64,000 bases of DNA from the NCBI GenBank assembly GCA_946965045.2, contig OX337237.1, forward strand, positions 310,001-374,000, written 5' to 3'. The stretch comes from Epithemia pelagica (lineage: Eukaryota; Protista; Bacillariophyta). The notes under the pieces are model-generated. The model searched no databases and had not been told where the DNA came from. It saw only the letters and a program-made list of their open reading frames with translations. Shown here piece by piece: positions 46,229 to 56,794 of the stretch (within the stretch, counting starts at the first letter, position 1; the number at the start of each line of letters is the position of its first letter). The translations under genes and the position numbers were made by a program.

Positions 46229-47773
46229 ATGAAGGAAAACAATGGCCGAGCGGCCCTGGAACGTCGGTTGCGACTGTGCGGCATGGGCATGACGGCTGTC
46301 GTGGTCGTTTTGTTGGTGACGGTCAGTGTCTCGATTCAATGGTCCCGAACCCAAAAGGAGCAAGAGGACTTGGTCGTTACCCAAAACGACAAGCAGCACG
46401 TGGCGGCCCAGGTTCGACAACGACAACGGCATGCCGCCTTTCGACAAAAACAACACGAAAACAAGCAATCGACGGGGATTTTCGGCAAGGCCATGGCACG
46501 GTTGACGCATCATCAGCCAAACACGGCCGAGGACAAGCAACGGCACATGGAGGCCATTTTGCGAGGGGAATTGCACTTGATGGACATTACCCCGCAGCGA
46601 CGCACTGGCATGACAACACTGGGTGACGACAACCAAAATTATCATGGTTGGTTTCAAGCGACGTTTTGTCGCTTGAATTGGACCGCACACGAACAAGATC
46701 CGTCCCAATCCCCCATGTTTCGCGATGTCGTGGCGCAATCCCAGTGTGATACGGCCGACAATCCCAAGGTGTCGTTGGATTTGTATACCATTGTGCAAGC
46801 CATTCGCGAATACGACACTGGCAATTCGACGACCACCAAAACGACTGTGGCCCAATTGTCGGGCTTTGTCTTTCACGAATCCCGGTGTGGCTCCACCTTG
46901 GTGGCCAATTTGTTGCAATTGCACAGTCCGAGTCAAAATATCGTCTACAGTGAATCGACGCCCCTCATTGCCGTCTTGACCTCGCTCGGTCCCCTCTATC
47001 TCCAAGCCAATCCCTCCCACAAATCGGCCCGACTGCTTGCCATTGTCCGCGACGTGGTCCACGTCATGTCACGAACCAACGTGGCCACGAAACGCCGCGT
47101 CTTTTTCAAGGTGCAATCCATTGGCAGTTGGTACCTGAGTTTGGTGCGGGCCGCGTTCCCCTCCACGCCCTGGATCTATGTCTATCGCGATCCCGTCGAA
47201 GTGATCATGTCCCATCTCAAGGTGGGAGCCCGCGCCAATTGCGTGCGATCGCAATCGCGGGGCAGTGCCATTCCTCACCAAATTCAAGACGTGATTCAAC
47301 GACACCATGTTGCGAGTGCGGATGCCACGAAACAATCCGTCCTCCAAACGGCACAACAATTGTCGCTGCCCCAGTATTGTGCCGCGCATTTGGCCTCCTT
47401 GACCGAATCAGCCGTGACGGAATTGCACCAACCGTCGTCGGAACAGTTGGGTGTCGCGGTGAATTATCGCGACTTGCCCCAGATTTTGTGGGATACCATT
47501 TGGCCCCAGTCTTGGAATTTGACGGTCCATCCCACGCCCGACGACGATCCCGACGTGTGGAATCGCTTGCAGCAGGGCAGTCACTCCTACAGCAAACAGG
47601 GAGCGCGGCAACGCATAGTCCCAAACAAGAACCAACCCTTTGTGCAAGATTCCAGTACCAAACAAGCCCAAGCGTCGCAGGCCGTCCAAGACGCGGCCCG
47701 CCTCTTTTTGCAACCCTCCTATCAGCAATTGCAAGACCTGGCCGAATCGGCCAAGACAACAACAAAACTGTAG
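46229..47773 (+). CDS. Type II membrane sulfotransferase-family protein
   Basis: N-terminal TM (AVVVVLLVTVSVSI). FVFHESRCGSTLVANLL resembles the 5-prime PAPS loop; IYVYRDPVEVIMSH resembles the 3-prime phosphate-binding motif. Confidence 0.8.
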   Translation: MKENNGRAALERRLRLCGMGMTAVVVVLLVTVSVSIQWSRTQKEQEDLVVTQNDKQHVAAQVRQRQRHAAFRQKQHENKQSTGIFGKAMARLTHHQPNTAEDKQRHMEAILRGELHLMDITPQRRTGMTTLGDDNQNYHGWFQATFCRLNWTAHEQDPSQSPMFRDVVAQSQCDTADNPKVSLDLYTIVQAIREYDTGNSTTTKTTVAQLSGFVFHESRCGSTLVANLLQLHSPSQNIVYSESTPLIAVLTSLGPLYLQANPSHKSARLLAIVRDVVHVMSRTNVATKRRVFFKVQSIGSWYLSLVRAAFPSTPWIYVYRDPVEVIMSHLKVGARANCVRSQSRGSAIPHQIQDVIQRHHVASADATKQSVLQTAQQLSLPQYCAAHLASLTESAVTELHQPSSEQLGVAVNYRDLPQILWDTIWPQSWNLTVHPTPDDDPDVWNRLQQGSHSYSKQGARQRIVPNKNQPFVQDSSTKQAQASQAVQDAARLFLQPSYQQLQDLAESAKTTTKL

Positions 47774-48149
47774 AAGCACGCACATACACGAGAGGATGGT
47801 TGCACAAACAACAACAACAACACAACAACAACCACAAACGAGAGGGACTCTCTCTCTCTAGGATGAGTTCGTACGACCCAACCAAAATAAAGATGCCAAT
47901 GGGTAAGAGGGACAGTGTTCCAAATGGACGTGGCTGCTTGGTTTGTTTTTTGCGTTTGAATCCATGGACCGTTTCCAGAGAGGAACTACACACAAGTGCA
48001 AGATGTTAAGGTGTCTTCATCTGTATAGTTCGAACTACCCTAGGTAGAGGCGTTCCATTTTAAAGTGGTGGTATCATTCTTTCAAAGCGGAACCAGGAGT
48101 ATCCGTAACGTCTAGGTAGGTAGGTAGGTAGTCTCTTTGGCCGTTTGTG

Positions 48150-48290
48150 CTAGGATTTCACTTGCAGGTCGTCCATCCAAACACAATATTCGTCCAAGAC
48201 CCGGTATCCAAATCCATCCATTGACATTCATTTCGGCAAAAAACTATTCTGGATGGGTCACTGGCAAAATGACAGCCGCTTGCCAGAAGA
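48150..48290 (-). pseudogene. Degenerate duplicate of the 3-prime end of the adjacent EF-hand gene
   Basis: GGATTTCACTTGCAGGTCGTCCATCCAAACACAATATTCGTC... aligns with GGATTCCACTTGCAATTCGGCCATCCAAAAACAAAATTCGTC... at 48685. It contains a stop and an indel. Confidence 0.75.
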
Positions 48291-48681
48291 ATGGAGGGCA
48301 ATTACTCTAAATGATATTTTTCAATCACGAGAGTGTTTCTATTCAACGATTCGTTTGCACTATTGGTAGAGGGAACTTGTCATTGCGAGTTTTGGAGTAT
48401 CGAAACGATGGAACCTAGGTAGAGTGATATGTCACTGGATTCTACCCAACTACGGATGGTTGCACCTTTTTCTTTTAGAAACTTGTTGTTGTTGTTGTTG
48501 TTGTTGTTATAGGAAAGGAGAGAGGATCGGCACAGTGGAAGACAGAGAATCGTGACACGTTCGTAGCCACATTTATCGTTGTGTGGTTGCATTCGATACT
48601 CGATTTCTGGATGGAACGACGAGTCGTTCCAAGCCCTGTTGTAGGAGAATAGAGTAGACGGCACTATATTAAATGTCGCGT

Positions 48682-49246
48682 TCAGGATTCCACTTGCAAT
48701 TCGGCCATCCAAAAACAAAATTCGTCAAAGACAAGGTATCCCAATCCATTGACATCCATTTCGGTAAAGACTTGTACGGGATTGGTGACTTGTAAAATGG
48801 CTGCCGCTTGCAAGAATTCCGTCTTGGACAAGCGTCGATCGCCATTGGTATCAATCAGGGTAAAGACTTGATACAGATTGTTGTAATACGTGACCAGTCG
48901 CAAAAAGAGGTGAAATTCCTCTTGATCAATGGAATCATTGCCATTGACATCGGCCTTTTGAAAGGCCCGCAACACCACGGCGGGTTTTAAATGGGCACGG
49001 CGACTTTGATCCCGCAATATCGTCGTTTCCACTTCTTGGCGGCTCAATCGTCCATCGTCATTTTGGTCAATTTGGGCAAAGAGCAGTTTCATTTCCTCGT
49101 TCGACGGTGTCTGTGCCAAGGCGGCCTTGAAATGGTCTTCAAATTCTGGACGCGTCAAAGTCACTTCGCGTCAAAGTCACTTTGGTCATTGCCGCCTCAT
49201 CTTGATTGGCGTCGTCCATTTTTTTCTCTTCTAGGGAAGGAGACAT
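48682..49246 (-). pseudogene. Four-EF-hand calcium-binding protein, frameshifted by a 16-bp tandem duplication (49151-49182)
   Basis: Loops DQNDDGRLSRQE, DVNGNDSIDQEE, DTNGDRRLSKTE and DVNGLGYLVFDE. Removing one CGCGTCAAAGTCACTT copy joins ATG 49246 (MSPSLEEKK...TKVTLTR) to PEFEDHF. Confidence 0.8.
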
Positions 49247-49377
49247 GATGCTTGTCTGGAGGATAGATCTTTGTTTGCGTGTGCTATACTTCACTTTGGC
49301 TGTGTTTGGCACACCTGTCAAAAAAATGATCGTCCGAATGGAAACGAGAGATTATGGAGACGACCGTCGCGCAGTTA

Positions 49378-50105
49378 GGCCCTGTGTCCAGGGAATGTGT
49401 TTTCGAGGTCTGAAATCGAGTTTCGAGTTTTGAGGTGGGGCTCTGTCCCTACCTTGAAACAACGATCTGGATTCGAGTTTCGAGTTTTATTTTTCAATAC
49501 TCGTGCACTCCCATGCTTCCCCCCTACCGGCGCATGAACGAGCACAACGGCAATTGACAATGACGACAAACAAATGTCGCTTGAGTACTCCTAATTCCTA
49601 ATATCACATTGCATAACGGGAGAAGGTAGCAGGATGCGGGCTTTGTTCCGTAACCATGTCATCTATAGAGAGATGAGAACTATTTGCTTTTGACCATTGA
49701 CAGTGGTTGTGACCATTACTTCCATGGCAGCGACAGGTTAATAATACTTGCTTATTTTCTAGAGAAGCTCCTACTTATATCACATCAATCATTGTGCTAG
49801 GAGTACTATTGTCTATGATGGACAAGAGAGATTGCCTTGTTGTTGTTGTCGGAGAGATCGAAATGAGAGACAGAGAGCCGGGCGGCTGAAAGGTGGGTTT
49901 TGTAGGAGCGCGTGGGGCTCTTTGCAAACCTCGAAACTCGAAACTCGATTTCAGAATCTTGGTAAGGTCGTTGGGGGATTGCCAAGATTTGGGGGATTCG
50001 AGGTTGTGTTTTCGAGTTTTCAAGGGGACCATAACCTATTGGCTCAACCTCGAAACTCGAAACTCGATTTCAGAACTCAAAAACACATTCCCTGGACACA
50101 GGCCC
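49378..50105. mobile_element. Non-autonomous PIF/Harbinger-type MITE, 728 bp, TTA target-site duplication
   Basis: Imperfect TIRs of about 60 bp (GG(C/G)CCTGTGTCCAGGGAATGTGTTTT...TCTGAAATCGAGTTTCGAGTTT). TTA at 49375-49377 and 50106-50108. No coding capacity. Confidence 0.85.
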
Positions 50106-50108
50106 TTA

Positions 50109-50579
50109 TGGGTCCCAACGCAGTAGAGCCTACGTAATTTTTCCTAGTACATGACGTCACGTTTGGCATCAAGTTTGTCGCGGTGTATCGTGGCTTCACC
50201 ATGGCATGCCTTCCGTCAATCTGTTATGGTCCATAACTATCTTCGTTTTCTTATCCCTCGCAGAGATCCGTTCTATTCGTTCTATTTGTTTGATTGCTAC
50301 GAGGGATAAGAAAAACTCCTTGTCCTTGTGCCACAAAGCCTGATCGTAAAAGGTCCCCTCGTCGTTGCTCTCAGAAGCGCAAGGAGCGCGCAACAACACC
50401 AATCGAGCGAACCGAGTCCCTAGCGCTAGTGAATAACCTAGATCTACCGTTGTAATAGAAATGGAGAGATGAAAATCGTCCAGAAAAATCCGCCATGGTC
50501 AAATTAGTCTGATGGTAACGTTCATTTGCACCAGTGCAATGGTTGAAATTCCACGTGTAAAGCACGGCGTTGGGACCCA
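50109..50579. mobile_element. Second MITE, 471 bp, 16-bp TIRs, TA target-site duplication (Tc1/mariner-like)
   Basis: TGGGTCCCAACGCAGT at 50109-50124 versus ACGGCGTTGGGACCCA at 50564-50579 (15/16 inverted match). TA at 50107-50108 and 50580-50581. Confidence 0.7.
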
Positions 50580-50805
50580 TAGCAGTGGAATGGTTAGTAC
50601 TTTATCTATCTATAGTAGAAAAATGATAGGAGTAGTACACTTTATCGGATTCTGGTTTGGATTGCCCTTTTGTGTTCCTGGAGCGACCAATCTGCCAACA
50701 AAAGAAGCTAGGCCATCTACCTAGGTATGCCTCTATCTACTCCTATTGGGTTCGGACTGTCTTGTCAAGGTGCCACCAGACAACAAGATTGTTGTCGTCG
50801 TATGG

Positions 50806-53800
50806 TTATAGATTGGGCAAACTCGACGAAGTGGACGCCACGGAAGAATATTGGGATCCGTCCAATGTGGACCGATCCAAGGCAATCGGATCCAAATCTT
50901 GAAAGCGTTCTCGGGCCTTGATGGTCGAACGAAAATAGCCACCGCCGCTGCCGTTGTCATTCGAACTGTCACTTTCACCACCCGTCTTGAAGTGTTTGGA
51001 TTCGGACACGCTGTCCAACAAGTTCCCATAGTGCACTTGCATGTGTCGGGCCTTGCCCTTGGCACCCCAGGCATGGTACAAGGTCCAAGCCCGTTGGAGA
51101 TAGGTCATGGACCAATCGGGATCGCCTTGCCGCAAAAAGTAGGCTCCCGCCAATTCATTGCCCAAGGCCTGAATGTTGGTAATGCCCATTCGTGCCGCGG
51201 CGGCAATGCCACGATCGTAGGCCAATCGGACCGTTTCCACTGTCAGTTTGTCGTAGTCGTAATGATGGACAATGGACAATTGTTCGGCCTGCAACAACAA
51301 AATGTAATGGACGACATTGCCACATCCCCGACGAACCATTCCTTCCAGTGTGGCTAATTCTCGAATGGGTGGACATGTTTTGACGTTCTTCTTGTGGGAG
51401 CGGCGTTTCCTCTGGTTATTGTTCTTGTTGCACCGGGCCTTGTGAATGGCAATCAAGCCTTGACAAAACAAAACGAGAAAGACGAGAGTTTTGGGGCCCT
51501 CCTTTTTGAGCGTGGCAGCGTACTTGGACATTTGTTTGGCCAGTGTCATGTCGCCAAAATAAATGGCCAAGAAGAGCTTGACATTGGCCATGAGCTGCAA
51601 GGCGCGATCGTGTTTCCATTCGGTATAGCGTTGACGACTTTGGTCTTCATTCATGAGTTCCCCGGTCAAGACGAGAGGATCCTTACTTCGTCCCATGAGA
51701 TTCATGACAAATTGCACATTGATCCGAAAGGTGGCAGCAAATCGGTCCATTTTCAAATCACAAAACATTTCATGGAGCTTGACAATTTCTCGAGAAAAGG
51801 GCTCCAACGAAAGACCCGACGCAATATACAACATGGAATAACCGGCCACGCAATAAAACAAACTGTGCGTGTTCCCACTCGACAGGCACAATTGTTTGGC
51901 TTGGACGGCCAGGTCGAGACTTTCCGGAAATGGGTTGCGAAGGTGCATGACGAAAATACAGACACCGACCAAGGCAATGGAACTTTTTTCCTTGTCGGTT
52001 TCGGTGCGGGTCAGTTCAATCACAGCTTTGCCAATGCGGTCGGCACACGTGTATCGACCCACTCGCGCCAAGACCATGCCGCAACCCGAAAGAACTACGG
52101 CCGCATGCACAGTATATCAGTGGTCAAAGAGGGTTTGTAGCATGCAAAAGATGGAACATAGTTGGGATTTGACATCGAGACATGCCGTACTCAACTCCAT
52201 AATGGCATGGTACATTTCCATGGCACACAATGCCTTGACATTGGTACACTTGGATAGTTGTAGTACATTTTCTGGAAAGGCTTGTGGGTTCGCCTTGAGA
52301 CGACGGATATTTCGAAGAATATAAGCCATTTTGGCAGGCTTGGATCGGGGGAAGGAGAAACCCAATTTGCGCAACAGCATCACGGCATATTTGGTCGCCT
52401 CGCTGGCTCCTTTGGAATGATGAATCCGCTGAATGACGCAACGGTGCGTTGCCAATCCATCTGGGATGGAGTGTGCATGATCCAAGAGGTCTTGAACGAC
52501 TACGTCAAATTCGTCCATGCGACCACACGAGTGTAGTACCTGAGCTTGCAAATTGCCAATTTGTAGCATTACTTCATAATGGTTGGTCCATCCATCTACC
52601 TTTTCCATGGCCATGAGTTGGGTACAAACCTCCAAAAAACCTGCCGCACGAGAATAGGAAATTTGTCCCACACAAATGCGAGCCGCCGTCAAATTTTGTT
52701 GACACAACCACAAAATGTTTTCGTTCGTCAAGCCATGTTGAACCAAACGATCTTTGCCTCGATTCAAGAGTTCTACGGCCAAGAGAACCAAACTCTCGTC
52801 TTGGACAATATTGTTGTTTCCCTGGTCTTTTTCCGCAATGTTCAGTCAGGCTTGTCCAATGGCCCAATCGAGATGGACATTGTCGTAGTTGGTGGAGAAT
52901 GGGCGGTGGCTATCAGTGGTGGTGGTTGGTCCGTTCCACCTTGCCAAACGTTGGTGGTCTACTGATGCCAATTCACGTGCCGTTTGTCGAATGCGATCGT
53001 GAGAGAATTCAAACCTGGTTTCTGATACGGGTTCCAAAAAGCCACACTCGACGGCCATGTTAGGGTACTGTTTCAAGTTTGTGTCGTTACGATTCTCTCC
53101 CTGATTGTGGTGTTGTGGATGCCGGGTTTGGGGATGACATTCGGGTACAGATACAACACGAGAGATTGGAGGTGCTCCTTGGCATTCACCACCACCACCA
53201 TTCGAAATGCGAGTCAGGACCGCATCCAGAATGCCAGAATGGGCCAATCAAAGTGACACGGTCCCATTCGAGCTGCCACCTTGAGTAGGGCCTGTGCAGC
53301 CCATGGTTGCGATTGCAGTCGTTGCCGCACGGCCCAATCATCGTCTTCGTCGTCGTCTACCTGAAACGGGGGAAACGAATTGCTGTCGTTTGCGGGAGTG
53401 GAGTCTACCCAGACCATGGACGGAACCTTGTCATGGACAGCATTCTTCGAGTCGGGAGACTCACCGTCTTGTAGTAGTTGTTCGTGTTGTGCTTGATAAC
53501 AGTCTTGTTGTTGCTGTTGCCACAAACACAGCGCTTGTCGTACCAAAAAGGGATTGCCCTGGGTCCGAGTCATGATTTGTTCCGCCAATGCTTGTACGGA
53601 TATTTCCTGGCCTCGTGGAGAAACGGCCTTGGTCGTTTCTTGTTGTTGTTGTTGTCGACAAACATCAACAATCCATTGACGGACATGATCATATGTCAAG
53701 GGATGGAGGGCAATACTCTGAGGAACCATATGAATGTCACCAGCAGCACGACGCCCCGTCGTCAGTGTTTGATAGAGTGGAGACGGATTCGAGAGGGGTC

Positions 53801-55201
53801 GATGGGCACCAATCAGGACCAAACGTCCTCCACCATCAGTGCTTTTTGTCGTAGTAGAAGCAGTTTGAGTAGTGGTAGTCAAAGTGGATGGGTACTTGCT
53901 CGAGTGGTGGTTGTAAGAATTTTTGTTGTGGTGATGGTTCTCCGAAAAAGAGTCATCGTGGTCCTCGAAATAACAAGAAGAATCGTCCACCATCACTGTT
54001 GGTGTCGTTCCCACCATCAGTAGGGACTGCAAGGTTTGCAAGGCTTGGTCACTGGCCCATTGCAGATCGTCCTGAATCAAAACGACAATTCGATACTGAC
54101 ACACCATGCGAATCAAGGATTTCAGAGCGAGACGAAATCGTGAGAAGGAGCCTGGTGACAGATTTGGTTGTGGTGGCGACTCTGTGGTTGTTGGAGAAGA
54201 ATGGGTTGGTGTTGTTGTTCTTGTCGATTGTTGTGTTGGTGTTGGTGACAAGAGTTGACTCAAGAGCGGACAAGCCTGGATCAAGAGACCCGTGTCATGG
54301 TGTTGCAACCACTCGTGGGCCTGCCGTTTCCAATCCACCAACGACGACAAGTCTGCATACGTCCTGGTGGTGGTGGTTGTCCTTGCTGTTGCAGTGGCTT
54401 CTTGTTCTTGTTGTTCGTCCACAATCTGTGCCACAATTTGATTCACGGCATCCAACAAGGCTCCCAAGGGTGTGGTGGTCGATGGTGCGAGGATTCTGGT
54501 TCGTATTTGCCCATGCCACACACAATAGTACGACAATTGTTATTGTTACTGGTTGGACGTGAACGTCGTCGACCTCGTCGCGGTCGTTGTTCTTGTGCTT
54601 TTACATGTGGCTGGGAGAAAAATGGTCCGTCTTCTTCTTCTTCTTCTTTTAGGCTGGAGCAAGGACAAGGAGGAAATCGTTTGAGTGCAGCGGTGCTGCT
54701 ATTACTTGGTTCCTCTTGTTTGGCAGAACATGTACGGCTGGGCATCGTATTATTACTTGTTGTTGTCATTGTTGTTGTTCCAGAAAAGGAGGAGATACGT
54801 TGAACAAGCGCTTGCAACAAGGCCGACTTGCCTCCTCCCGACGGCGCTTCGATGAAAATGAGTTGTGGCTGTTGTTGCTGTTCCTCCATTGTTGTTGCGT
54901 GGTGCGTGGTTCGGACCGCAGCCTCGAGTTTCGCCAATTCCTGGGTCCGTCCATACAATCCATGCTGTTGTTCCATAATGGTGTTGTCGTTGTCGTCGTC
55001 CAAATCGATAGCGTGAGTATCGTTCTCAGGATCGTAGTTGTCACTGTGTTCTTTGTCGTCGTCTTTGTTGTTGTTGTTGTTGTTGGACGCACAGTTCCAT
55101 TCATCCTTGTCGTCCTGCTCCTCCACTTGTTTCTTGATCGGGTCCCCATGGTTCTTCTTCTTCTCCTCCTTGTCATCGAGAGAGACTGGTTCCACGTTCA
55201 T
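50806..55201 (-). pseudogene. STAND-class AAA ATPase + TPR-like helical domain (MalT/adenylyl-cyclase-type), disrupted by 2 frameshifts and 2 nonsense codons
   Basis: LYGRTQE, Walker A APSGGGKS, Walker B-like LIQDDLQWA, TQGNPFLV, FEFSHDRIR, ALGNELAG...YLQRAWTLYHAWGAKGK. Lesions at about 54455-54500, 53226-53241, TGA 52846-52848 and TGA 52117-52119. Confidence 0.85.
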
Positions 55202-55621
55202 TCTGGAACACACACAAGTCTCGCCACAAGAACAAACAAAAAGAGACAAACCAGGAAGCAAGAGGAAGATTGCGTTTTGAAAATGCCAACAACGGTGTGT
55301 GTGTGGTTCTGCAAAACACCCAAGCAAACTGCATATCGATTTGGCCCAACCACTATCCGAACGCCAGCCACGCATGTTTCGTCGTCACAATAATAAAAAC
55401 AGTGACTCTTTTTTGCGCTCTGCTGTTCCCTTGACACGCAAACACCACACCTACTACCTTGCTTCGGATACTGCCACTTTCGTCAGACAGACGGACAGAC
55501 AGAAAACGCCCTCGTACGGTGTACACTACTAGTGGGAGAAAAAGGCTCTTTTCTATCTCATCCTTGCTCCCTTTTTCATTTGGCCTCAAAACCAAAAGGT
55601 CTCGCTATGGACAGTTCAAGA

Positions 55622-56723
55622 ATGTCTAGCAATGGTCTGGATTCCAACGATGGTGCTGGAACTGATCCTATCGATGTTGTGATCGAAAAGCTCTTGAGGT
55701 AAGCAGCAACGTATTTGAGAGATTCCACGACAATGGCAAAACGTCTCAATGTTTCCCTCTCATGTGGTATGTTTGCTTCACGACGACAACATTTGGCACT
55801 AAAGGCTCCGTGGGTGCCGACCAGGAAAGCTTGCCGATCTAACGGAAGCCGAGATTAAAATGGTGTGCCTCCGCTCACGAGACATTTTGATTCAGCAACC
55901 CATGATGCTCGAGCTCTTGGCCCCTGTGAAGGTGGTGGGCGACGTCCATGGCCAATTTTATGATATGCTTCGACTGTTCGAGTATGGAGGATTCCCTCCC
56001 GAAGCCAACTATCTGTTTTTGGGAGACTACGTCGACCGAGGAAAACAAAGTATCGAATGCGCGACCCTGGTGCTGGCCTACAAAATCAAGTATCCGGAAA
56101 ACTTTTTTTGCATTCGTGGGAATCATGAATGTGCGTCCATCAATCGTATTTACGGATTTTACGATGAGTGCAAGAGAAGATTTTCCATCAAGCTTTGGAA
56201 GTCTTTCACGGACGTCTTCAACTGTCTTCCAGCGGCTGCCGTAATCGATGAGAAAATCTTTTGTGTCCACGGTGGACTGAGCCCCGAATTGACCAGCTTG
56301 CAACATGTGAACAAGATTGTACGGCCCACGGATGTTCCGGACACGGGACTCTTGTGTGATTTGATTTGGTCCGACCCGGATACGGAAATTGATGGGTGGG
56401 GAGAAAACGATCGCGGAGTTTCCTTTACGTTTGGGGAAGATATTGTGTCACAGTTTTGTGCCAAAAATGATTTGGATCTCATCATCCGAGCTCATCAAGT
56501 GGTGGAAGATGGTTACGAATTCTTTTGCAAAAGGAAACTAGTGACAATTTTCTCGGCTCCAAATTATTGTGGTGAATTTGACAATGCCGCAGCCATGATG
56601 TCCATTGATGAGACTCTCATGTGTTCCTTTCAGATTCTAAAGCCGGCAGATAAGCGCCAACGTCCTATCCGAGACAGATCAAGTACTCCGAGCCAAAATC
56701 ATAATCCTCAAGATAGATATTAG
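55622..56723 (+). CDS. PP1: Serine/threonine protein phosphatase 1 catalytic subunit; join(55622..55698,55805..56723)
   Basis: GDVHG, GDYVDRG, RGNHE, HGGLSP and the PP1-type [12 protein letters not shown]. Intron 55699-55804 (AG|GTAAGC...AAG) joins IEKLL to RLRGCRPGK. Confidence 0.95.
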
Positions 56724-56794
56724 GAGTGTCAGTAATCTAGGATTGGCATGTCTATGGATAATTGTCTATTGTCCCAAAGAATACCTAAACGACC

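Noticed and set aside
52117-52848. Programmed TGA read-through or selenocysteine in the STAND gene
   Set aside because: The same gene also has two frameshifts, and the TGAs are one substitution from TGG/GGA at plausible W/G positions. Pseudogenisation is simpler. Other genes here end in TGA normally.
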